Shown here piece after piece: positions 43,601-55,600 of a stretch of 64,000 nucleotides of DNA. Numbering within the stretch: position 1 is the stretch's first letter; each line of letters starts with the position of its first letter. The notes under the pieces are model-generated. The model was given only the letters and a program-made list of their open reading frames with translations. It was not told where the DNA came from and did no database searches. Source of the DNA: Squalus acanthias (Eukaryota); contig CM059433.1 of NCBI GenBank assembly GCA_030390025.1, positions 18,602,001-18,666,000 on the forward strand, given 5' to 3'. The position numbers were made by a program, and so were the translations under genes.

Positions 43601-46600
43601 ACCATTATTTTAGTTGAACCGGTTTTGTTTCTTGTCTAGGTCCCCATTTTGCAGAGTACATGCACTGGCACGTGACAGAGGATTGCGATGTTGAGATGAT
43701 ATGCAAGGTAAAGAATGTCACCAACTGTTGGATGAACTGTACTGTTATAAACCGGCCAAGGTAGTGTGCGTGGGAGGACACTAAAAATCTACAAATATTG
43801 AGCAGTTATCGTGAAGAAATCCACACAGTGCTATCGTCAGAGATCTGATAGGTTTCCCCACATTTCACAGACCCTGATACTTTTGCTCATCTGCCTAAAA
43901 CATAGCAAAGCAAGATGGCAAGAAATATATGAATAAGGTTCCCTCCACTTAACATTGTGATGGTATTATTCACAGTGCAACACAAAAGATTTGCATGTGG
44001 GAAAATGTGAAGTTATCCACTTTGGTAGGAAGAATAGAAAAGGAAAATATTATTTAAATGGAGAGAGACTACAGAATGCAGCAGTACAGAGGGATTTGGA
44101 TGTCCTCGTACATGAAACACAAAAAGTTAACATGCAGGTGCAGCAAGTAATTAGGAAGGCAAATGGAATGTTGGCCTTTATTGCAACTGTACAGGGCTCT
44201 GGTGAGACCACACCTGGAGTACTGCATACAGTTTTGGTCTCCTTATTTAAGGAGGGATATACTTGCACTGGAGGCAGTTCAGAGAAGGTTCGCTAGGTTG
44301 ATTCCTGAGATGGAAGGGTTGTCTTATGAGGAAAGGTTGAGCAGGTTGGGCCTATACTCATTGGAGTTTAGAAGAATGAGAGGTGATCTTATTGAAACAT
44401 ATAAGATTCTGAGGGGGTTGGACAGGGTAGATGCTGAGAGGATGTTTCCCCTCATGGGGGAATCTAGAACGAGGGGGCATAGTCTCAGAATAAGGGGTCG
44501 CCCATTTAAGACGGAGATGAGGAGGAATTTTTTCACTGAGGGTCGTGAATCTTTGGAATTCTTTACCCCAGAGAGCTGTGGAAGCTGAGTCATTGAATAT
44601 ATTCAAGGCTGAGATAGACAGATTTTTGAGCAACAGGGGAGTCAAGGGTTATGGTGAGCGGGCGGGAAAATGGAATTGAGGCCAAAATCAGATCAGACAT
44701 GATCTCATTAAATGGCGGAGCAGGCTCGAGGGGCCGAATGGCCTACTCCTGCTCCTATTTCTTATGTTCTGGGACCTGCCTATTGCCAATGCACCTGCTG
44801 TCCTGGCATCCTAGGTTATTGCGGGAAGTAAGGGTGAAAATAGCGGAGGCTATGGCCACAATCTTCCAATCATCCTTAGATATGGGAACAGTGTCAGAGG
44901 ACTGGAGGATTGCAAATGTTACACCCCTCTTCAAAAAAAAAAGGGAGAGCAATAAACCCGATAACTACAGCCTAATGTCAGTGGTGGGGAAACTTCTAGA
45001 GACCATAATCTGAGACAAAATTAATTGCCACTTGGAAGAACGTGCATTAATAAATGCCGGCCAAAATAGATTTGTTAAAAGCATATTGTGTCTGACGAAC
45101 TTGATCGAGATCTTCAATGAAATAATGGAGAGGTTTGATGAAGGTAGTGTAATTGATGATGTGTATATGACTTTCAGAAGGCATTTGATAAAGTGCCACA
45201 TAATAGACTTGTTAGCAAAACTGACGCCCATGGGATTAAAGGGGCAGTGGCAGCATGGATACAAAATTGGCTAAGGGACAGAAAGCAGAGAGTAGTGGTG
45301 AACGGTTGTTTGTCAGATTGAAGGGAAATATACAGTGGTGACCCCCAGTGTCGGTATTAGGACCACTACTCCTTTTATATACATTAATAACGTGGACTTG
45401 GGTATACAGGGCATAATTTCAAAGTGTGTAGATGACACAAAGCTTGGAAATGTAGTAAACTGAGAAACTTCAGGAGACAGACTGATGAAATGGGCAGACA
45501 CATGACAGATTAAATTTAATGCAGAGAAATGTGACGTGATGCATTTTGAAAGGAAAAATGAGGCAATATAAATTAAATGGTACAATTTTAAAGAGGGTGC
45601 AGGAACAGAGAGACCTGGGGGTTCACATACACAAATCTTTGAAGGTGGCAGGACAAGTTGTGAAGGCTGTTAAATAAAGCATACGGGATCCTGGGCTTTA
45701 TAAATAGCAGCACAGAGTACAAAAGCAAGTAAGTTATGGTAAACCTGGTTCGGCCTCAGCCAGAGTATTGTGTTCAATTCTGGGCACCACACTTCAGAAA
45801 GGACGTCAAGGCCTTGGAGAGGGTGCGGAGGAGATTTACCAGAATGGTACCAGGGATGAGGGAATTCAATTATCTGGAGAATGAGGAAAAACAAGATGAA
45901 ATCTTCAGAAAAGTCAGAGGCATTTTGAACAAGCTTACTCCAGAGAAGTTTGACAAGCACTGCCTTGAGCTCCTCAGTGTGGGCGGAGACTCGAAACTGG
46001 TCCTAAAAGGGATCATTTTATTGATCGTAGATAGTGGGGTTGTTCTCCTTGGAGCAGAGAAGGTTAACAGGAGATTTGATAGAGGTGCTCAAAATTATGA
46101 GGGGTTTTGATAGAGTTTGCTGTTTTCACTGACAGCAGGGTCGGTAACCAGTGGATACAGATTTAAGGTAATTGCCAAAAAAAAGCCAGAGGGCGAAGAG
46201 GAGAATTTATTTTACACAGCGAGTTGTTATGATCTGGAATGCACTGCCTGAAAGCGTGGTGGAAGCAGATTCAAAAGGGAATTGGAAAAATACTTGAAAA
46301 GGATTCATTTGCAGGGCTATGAGGAAAGAGCAGGGGAGTGGGACTAACTGGATATCTCTTCAAAGACACGATGGGCCGAACGGTTAAATCTGTGCTGTAT
46401 GTTTCTATGATTCTATGAAATTATAAGCTGGTCCCAGAGTAAATATTAGAAACCGAGGGGGGAAACTTCGTCCCCTTAGCGCCTCCCAGTATCGCCGGGA
46501 TGAGGCGAATCCAGCGCCGCACGGCAAAATAAAATAAAAAATTATGCTTTAAAGTGCTGCCTGATTCCACTGGTTCATGGCAGATTTTGCGTTTGGTGAT

Positions 46601-49600
46601 ATGCAGTTTGGGCCGGAATCTCCAATTGGGCCCAAAGCGATATCTCAATTTGTGTTAACTTTATCTCTCAACTGTTACTATTTGTCATGATGTGGAGATG
46701 CCGGTGTTGGACTGGGGTGGACAAATTGTGAGAAGTCACACAACACCAGGTTATAGTCCAACAGTTTTATTTGAAATCACAAGCTTTCGGAGCGCTGCTC
46801 CTTCGTCAGGTGAAGTCACCTGACGAAGGAGCAGCGCTCCGAAAGCTTGTGATTTCAAATAAAACTGTTGGACTATAGCCTGATGTTATTATTTGTAACA
46901 GGGCTTGCCAACCATTTTCAGAGCGAAATAAGCAGGACTCCAGCTTGACGAGGGTTGACCTGAACAGCTCTCTTAAACCCTACATATGTTATCCCCTTGG
47001 TCTCTCTCCTTCCACCCGCCACAAACTTCAGCTCATCCAAAACTCTGCTGCCTGCATCCTAACTCGCACCAAGTTCCGTTCACCCATCACCCCTGTGCTC
47101 GCTGACCTACACTGGCTCCCAGTCCGGCAATGCCTTGAATTTAAAATTCTCATCCTAATGTTCAAATCCCTCCGTGGCTTCGTCCCTCCCTATCTCTGTA
47201 ACCTCCTCCAGCCCTACAACCCTCCGAGATCTCTACGTTCCTCCAATTCTTGTCTCTTGTGCATCCCCAATTTCCATTGGCCCACCATTGGCGGCCGTGC
47301 CTTCAGCTGCCTAAGCCATAAGCTCTGGAATTTCCTTCATAAACCTCTCGGCTTCTCTATCCTCCTTGAAGACGCTCCTTTAAAACCTCTTTGACCAAGC
47401 TTTTGGTCACCTGTCCCATATCACTTTATGTGGCTCGGTGTCAAATTTATTCTGATAACACTCCTATGGAGTGCCTTGAAAAGTGCTACTGTGTTAAAGG
47501 TGTTATATAAATGCAAGTTGTTGTTGTTGTAGTCTTACTGGTTGTAGTGGCCAGCCAATAGGTAGTATGAGTAGAGTTCTGGGATAGGCTGCCCACTTGC
47601 CATCTGTACATCAATAAATATGATGGAAGAATGGGGATGACTTCTCATGAAAATCATCTAAAAAAAATGAAGGGCTGGATTTTAATACTGGGGCGGGTTG
47701 GGGTCGTGTCATCCGCATTTCGTGTTATCCACCCGACTGCAATTGGATGTGGGAGATTGATGCAATTTTCACTTAATTAGGCAATTGAGTTCCAGCATGT
47801 GGGAACCCATGAACCAATTAGTGTTTTCAGTCTGAAAGTCGCCTCTGATGATGTCATCATTGTAGGTCAGAGACTGCCTGGCCTTTGCTGTGAGAGGACC
47901 TGGATGCAAAATGAGCAGAGAGAGAGAGAGTTTTTTTGCATCCAGGTCCTCTCACAGCAAAGGCCAGGCAGTCTCTGAAGACATTCAATGCAGCAGCATC
48001 AGAGGCACCTAATACTACTACTACCTTCATCACAGCTCCGTTGTAATAGTGGACCTGCAGCTGATAGTCAGCTATCCACTTGTGCTCCCGCCAGGTTTCA
48101 CTGGCGTGTTTCACATCAGGCGTGCTTCACGTGGGAAAAGAGTTAAACTAGCTAAAACATTTCAAAATGGCATTACAGAGCCAATTTAGGGCTTGTTAAG
48201 GGCTTTAATGGCCTCTCCCGCCTCTTGGAGGCGGGACGGAGTCGGGAACACCGCACACGATTTTATCAAAATTGCATGGAGGCGGGATCAGGTCCGCCCG
48301 CCACTTTTCACAATTTTAACTCCCCACACGCCTCCAAACCCGCCTCCACGGCCCTATGAAAATCCAGCCCTAAGTATTTAAAAAATTTTGCTCAGACGAA
48401 AAATACAGAAGCTGTATAATTGCACTGCTTGGGAAACTGTCCCAACTTCCCAAGTTGACAACTCTTTCCCCCACTCACCTACGCCAAGAAATAACTGCAC
48501 AAATAAGTGAAATGTATCGGTGGCCAAGTCATTACTGGTTGGGTGATCGATATAGAAAAATATCTTTAAAGTTCTGTGTTACCACTGGTTGCAATTCTGT
48601 TGACCAACTGTCCCATCCGTTTATTGACGTGCTTTATTTCAATTGTGTGCTACAGGTGGCAAACACAAAGAAGGAAACGACGTTTGCTTGGTACAAAGAT
48701 TCTGTAGCAGTTATTGCCGAGGAGCCACCTAACGCCCAGACAGGAGAATGCAAGCTGCACATTTCTGAGGTAAGAAGAATACTGTCAAACAGTGTGGCAT
48801 AAAAGGCATTTGTAGCGCGTAGTGTGGAGTCACCCACCGTGTTTTATTACCCAGATCGAATATGTTTTCATGCTAATTTATTTTATTCAAATCAATTTAC
48901 TAACGTGTATGTGTAAGGAAAGAATTAATCGCAAACTTAAAAAGGAAATACCACATCTCCTCAGTTTTTATGTATTAGCCTGAGATGAGGAGAAATTTCT
49001 TCACTCAAAGGGTTGTGAATCTTTGGAATTCTCTACCCCAGAGGGCTGTGGAAACTCAGTCGTTGAGTATATTCAAGACTGAGATCGATAGATTTTTGGA
49101 TACTAAGGGATATGGGGATCGGGCGGGAAAGTGGAGATAGAAACATAGAATCTAGGAGCAGGAGTAGGCCATTCGGCCCGTCGAGCCTGCTCCACCATTC
49201 AATACGATCATGGCTGATCATCCAAATCCAGTACCCTGTCCCTGCTTTAATCCCCACAGTACACATATCCCACCCTACCCCCGTAACCCCACGTATTTAA
49301 TTCCCCCTAACATAGCCCATCCTATCCCCATAACCCCACATATTTAATCCCCCCCTAACACTAAGGGTCAATTTATCATAGCCAAATCAACCTAACCCGC
49401 ACATCTTTGGACTGTGGGAGGAAACCGGAGCACCCGGAGGAAACCCACGCAGACACGGGGAGAATGTGCAAACTCCACACAGACAGTCACCCGAGGTTAG
49501 ATTCGAACCCGGGTCCCTGGCGCTGTGAGGCACCAGTGCTAACCACTATGCCACCGTGTTGCCGTAGATGAGGTAGAAGATCAGCCATGATCTTATTGAA

Positions 49601-52600
49601 TGGCGGAGCAGGCTGGAAGGGCCAAATGGCCTACTCCTGCTCCTATTTCTTATGCTCTTATGCCTTTTTTTTGTTATACAACCACTTGTAATTGCCGAAT
49701 CCTTTTACAAAGCCAAAGATAAAACTAAAAATAGAGCATTCACAGATTTAAAAAAATCACCCATCAAAAGAAAACCTGGCAGATGTATCTTTACTTCAAG
49801 AATTAAGATTTCAGTTCTGACTGTACCTTAATTTCACGGAGCCCATGTCCTGTTAAACTGTACAGAAATATTCACCCATTAAACCAATTATTGGGGAACA
49901 GATTTCGCTCCCTTTAGACTCAATCGTCCTCTATAATTTCAGTACTTCTATGTGCAGGAAATTTAAATGAAATAAAATATATTTTTAGAACCGTGCCAAC
50001 TGCAGAAAAATATATTTTTCCTTAAATATAACATAACGTTCAGAATACAATGACTGGTACAATGTCTTTTAAAACAATTACAAGTCATTGTATTATTAAA
50101 CCAATTTCTCTTAGGATACATTGCTGGGTGCTTCAGTATGGTTACAGAGACCATCTCCGTGCCAATTTGTAGACAGACAGGCAGTCAGTGAGAGAGTGCA
50201 TTGTGTGGGAAGAATATCTCTACGTCACATCCATGTGACAAATATAACGTATGTGCTCTGATCTCACAGGCCAAGCATCAGCTGGACAAATGACCAGCTT
50301 CCAGGAACTGTCACTCATGGGCCAAGAGTGTTCCCACAATGACTTCTCCATTTTTCCCTTTCCTCAGCAAATGTAGAGAAGGCAGAGTGGGGATCGGAGC
50401 TATGTTTCTTTACTACAGGGTGTGTGTTACTGCTACAATGCCCAGTGGCAGCGTACAGTTGTGTAGAATTGTCTGCAGTTTCTAATAAAAGAACCTTTTT
50501 ACTTGTAGTTCTCAAAAAAGAACATGGGCGAGTACAAAATGACACTGAAAGATGACAAAGGGCAGGATATCACAATACTGAATGTGGCTGGCAAAGGTAC
50601 ATATATATATATATATCAGTTTGTATGACTTCATCAAGTAGATTTTCCGATTGTGGGCTCCTGGTCCTGCATTAGTGAGCCAGTGCATTATTAGCACCTG
50701 CCTAATCGTCGGTGTGCTGATCCCTTTAATTTTGTATGGTAAACTTCATTTACATAGTTCCCTGTCCATGTTGGGACTAGTGTTGAGAGCATGCTGGGGA
50801 GTGGGTGAAAGGAGGGGGGAGTAATTGGATGTATTTCTCCAATCGGTTTACATCCACTTTACACCTATTAATTGTGTATAACTGACCGGAAAATCTGCTC
50901 TACTTGTTCTAACGTTTTCAAACAGCAAGTAAGAGAAAACTATATTTCCTTTACTTAACGTTTCAACCATACAAATCAGTGTAGTTTCACTCATGATTGA
51001 TTCTACGATGTGCACTGCCAGCAGGTCAGGTTCATAAGTGGTGGTATTACCTCCTTAGTCTTCGAACCATGTGTGTTGTGCCGTCCCTTTCAATTATGTA
51101 GAGACAATGGCCTTGAAGTTATGTTACATGAACGTTTGCGAATGAACAGTTAACATATTAAATAAACAGGTAACTGCCTCTGTAAACAACAAATGAATTT
51201 CATATAATCGCATTAAACAGTCACATGATGTATAATAAACAAAAGAAAATGTAATCTTCTCTCTCTTTCAGTGTATGAAGAAATTGTCCAGGAAATTAGC
51301 AAAATCAGTGGTAAGTGACTGTATTTCCAACTTAGCCCTGTTGCGCTCCATAATAATAATTTATATTTCCTGTCCTGTTGCACATCTATTGCGTGTTGGT
51401 GGAAGTACATACATGGGCTTGCTTTTCATGCCACTAGAGGTTGCTATTGCACTTTGTAAGTTCTGTGTTATGTCACAGTATTTACAAAGCTAGTCAGTGG
51501 CAATGAGCAGAAGACATTTATCCCAGGTTCCCGAATATTTCGAAATGGGACTGTCTGACTTGCAAGCCGTGTATTTTGATGACCGTTTTTTTTTTACCTT
51601 GTGTAATATTTAATGTATGAGCTAAAAGAAATACTGAATCATCTTGTCTCGCCCAATATATGTGTGCGTGCACTAGTTTAAGATGTGTTAACTTTCAGGA
51701 CATTCTGCTTCTGAACTGAAGATCAAATGCACCCCAGAAGGAATCCGAATTCAATCCTTCTTGAAGTACTACATGGAGGACATGAAGGTTTTCTGGTATC
51801 ACAAGTATGTGAACCTGTATTAACATGCATTGGATAAGTAGATTAATGGCATGTTGAGGAAGTACGTGCTTTACACTGTATCGTGGCCATGCAGACTTGT
51901 TGTGCTTAGCTCCACTTAACAAGTAAAGCTACCTGATCAGTTGTACAGGGCCTTGGTGAGGCCACACCTGGAGTATTGTGTGCAGTTTTGGTCTCCTAAC
52001 TTGAGGAAGGACATTCTTGCTATTGAGGGAGTGCAACGAAGGTTCACTAGATTGATTCCTGGGATGTCCAGACTGACATATCAAGAAAGACTGGATCAAC
52101 TGAACTTGTATCCTCTGGAGTTCAGAAGAATGAGGGGGGATCTTATAGAGACGTTTAAAATCCTGACTGGTTTAGACAAATTAGATGCGGGCAGAATGTT
52201 TCCAATGTTAGGGAAAACTAAAACCAGGGGTCACAGTCTAAGGATAAAGGGGAAGCCATTTAAGACTGAGATGAGGAGGAATTTCTTCATCCAGAGAGTG
52301 GTGAATCTGTGGAATTCTCTACCACAGAAGGTTGTTGAGGCCAGTTCGCTAAATATATTCAAAAGGGAGTTAGATATAATACTCACAACTAGGGGGATCA
52401 AGGGGTATGGTGAGGTAGCATGTTCAGCCATGAACGCCTTAAATGGCGGTGCAGGCTCGAAGGACCGAATGGTCTACTCCTGCACCTATTTTCTATGTTT
52501 CTATGTTTTTCTATGTTTCTAAGTAAGTTCAGTAATTGGAAACTGAAAATCCAAAAACAATTTCCTGAATGATTGTAGCTATTCCTGTTCTATGGATTTT

Positions 52601-55600
52601 TTTTTTATACACAACCTAATTTATAAGGCCAACTTTTCTATAAGGTTGTGGATGATTATTTGAAGTCTACTAAAATACAGTAATTAAAAATAACGGGCTG
52701 GATTTTCCAAGCCCCGAGGAGGTGAGCATGAAGGCGGGACTGCCGGTAAACTCGGAGAAAGTGGGTGAGGATGGCAAACCCGCCCCCATCCCGCCTCCTT
52801 GCCCTTTTGCCAGGAGGTGGGAAGATGAGCAGCTTCGGGTCCCGTCTCTTGGAGGTGGGAAAGGCATTTCATCCTTTTAACTGACTGCCTGTTAACAGGT
52901 AGTTAACAGGCAGAAAAAAGGATTAGTGCCATTTTACCTTCTCAGGTGAAGGCTTCCCAACCTCAGAGAACCCCGCCGGGTTGGAAGAGACGTGGAGGAG
53001 GTCTGCGGTGGTCGGAGGCACCTGGAAGTAAGGTGTAGAGGTGAGTGATGGGTGCAAGTGTGGAGTGGTAAGTATGTAAGGTGAGTGATAAGTTTAAAAA
53101 AGTGTGCACTTACCTTGTTTTCTTTCTACAGCCTTTAGCCACGCTGGATGGGGAGAGCCGACATCTTCCTTGTCAATTTCACATAATGGCTGATGGAACC
53201 TCCGATCCTACAGACATGTGAAATTTACAAAGTTGAAAGGTTTGATGAGTCCTCACCACAAAGACTCATCAAACTAAAGAGAATGTCAGTGTTTGACAGC
53301 TCCACAGAGCTGTCAAATGCTGTCATTTCTTCTTTCAAGAAGTCTTGACAGATAGCACGTCTGACGCTGATGTGATCTGTCAGTGACTTCCTCCTAATTG
53401 GCCTGCTGAGCCCACAGGGCAGGCTTAACAAGCTCAATCAGGGGGAAATCCCTCCGATTGGTCAGGCGAGGATGGAGGCAGCACATTGACACGACAAGCA
53501 ACAGTCCCGCCTCCAACTTGCCTCCATTCACAAAATCCAGCCCAATAACTCTCTGAAGCAGTTTGAGTTTTAACCAATCATGTAGTGCTCTCAAAAGAAT
53601 GTACGAAATCGTAAAGAAAACCTCCATTACCCCTTCAATTATACAGGGACACAAGGCGCAATGCGTTCTTTAATTTGGGGAGCTACCTTTTTATTTCCAC
53701 ACAATTTCATTTTATGATTAACTTAGTGGGCCCTTTTTTTCTAAAGAAACTTCAGGCATAAACCATGGCTCGGTAAAGAAAACTATCATTCATTATAAAC
53801 TGGAAAAAAATCGGCATTAGAATTAAATAACATCGGTGCATGCAGGATTTAGAATTGTTTTAACACTTGAAGCTCATGGGATTAAAGGGACAGTGGTAAC
53901 ATGGATATGAAATTAGTTAAGGGACAGAAAGCAGCGAGTAGTGGTGAACGGTTGTTTCTAAAACTGGAGGGAAGTGTGCAGTGGTCCCCCCCCCCCCCCC
54001 CGCAAGGGGTCGGTATTAACACCATTGCTCTTTTTCATTAATGACTTGGACTTTGGTATACAGCGCATAATTTCAAAGTTTGCAGCTGACACGGAACTCA
54101 GAAATATAGTAAAGAGTGAGGAGGATAGTAACAGACTTAGAAGGACATAGACAGACTGGTGAAATGGGAAGTCACATGGTGGATGCAATTTAATGCAGAG
54201 AAGTGTGAAGTGATGCATTTTGATAGGAAGAATGAGGAGAGGCAATATGAACTAAATGGCACAATTTTAAAGGAAGTGCAGGAACAGAGAGACCTGGGGG
54301 TGTATGTACACACATCTTTGAAGGTGGCAGAACAAGTTGAGAAGGCTCTTAAAAAGGCAGACAGGATCCTTGGCTTTATAAACAGAGGAATAGAACATAA
54401 AAACAAGGAAGTTATTCTAAACCTGTATAAGTCGCTGGTTAGGCCTCAGCTGGAGTATTGTGTCAAATTCCAGGCACTAACTTTAGGAAGGATGCCAAGG
54501 CCTTGGAGAGGGTGCAGAAGAGATTTACTAGAGTGGTACCAGGGATGCGGGATTTCAGTTATGTGGCGAGCTCGGAGAAGCTGGGGTTATTCTCCTTAGA
54601 GCAGAGAAGGTTATGGGGAGATTTAAAGAGGTGTTCAAAATCATGAAGGGTTTTGATAGAGTAAATAAGGAGAAACTGTTTCCAGTGGCAGAAGGGTACA
54701 GATTTAAGGTAATTGGCAGAAGAGCCAGAGGTGACACGAGCAGAATTTGTTTTACGCAGCGAGTTGTGATCTGGAATGCACTGGCTGAGAGGGCTGATTA
54801 AGCAGATTCAATAATGGGCCGGATATTACGATCTCTATGGGTGTGTACGCGCTGTGTACACACCCGTAGGGACATCGGAAATGCCGGTTTCAGGCATGCA
54901 CAGCGCATGCGCTGAAAACCGGCACTTCCAATCTGTCAAGAATGCTCTTGACCGATCGGACGCCTGCCCTGGAGAAGGGCCTCTGCGGGTGGATAGTTCC
55001 GCTTTCTGGAGAACCTCCACCCGCTGAAAACCCTTAGAAATCTTATACCTGGTAAAAGCAGGCGTAAGGCCTGCTTTTACCAGGATAAGAGTTGAAAAAA
55101 AGTTTTTAAAAAAAATTTCCACTCATTTATCATTTAAAAATACTTTAAAAAAAGGTAAGTTTATTTTTAGCCCTGTAAAAAACTTTAATTATTTTTTTCA
55201 AAAAATTAAATTTTTGTTTAAAATATTTAATTTATTGTAATTTCAACTAATTTTAAAAATGTGATTTTTTTTTCCAATTTACTTAATGTTTTAAAGTGTT
55301 TTTGGGGTGATCTCCATTCATATATTTGACAGGTCTATCTGTCAAGTGTATGAAGGGAGATTCCCTTCTTTGATTGGCTCCCCATGGCCCACTTGATCCT
55401 AGGGACGCTTGTGAACCGCCTGCGCCCCTGGGATACGTGGGCCCTGCGCACTTGGAGTTGGAGAGGCCCAGGAGCGGAACTATACGCACCTCGGGAGCCC
55501 TCAGGTAAGTGCGTAGATTTTGTCCAGATCGGAGGCCTCCGCACGGAAAATACGGCCCAATAACTTTCAAAAGGGAATTGGATAAATACTTGAAGGGGAA

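Noticed and set aside
45736..46110. Functional nested EIF4G2 gene or exon
   Set aside because: Only about 51 codons, fused to CR1 on both sides, with no splice signals at the fragment edges and a broken upstream CR1 frame
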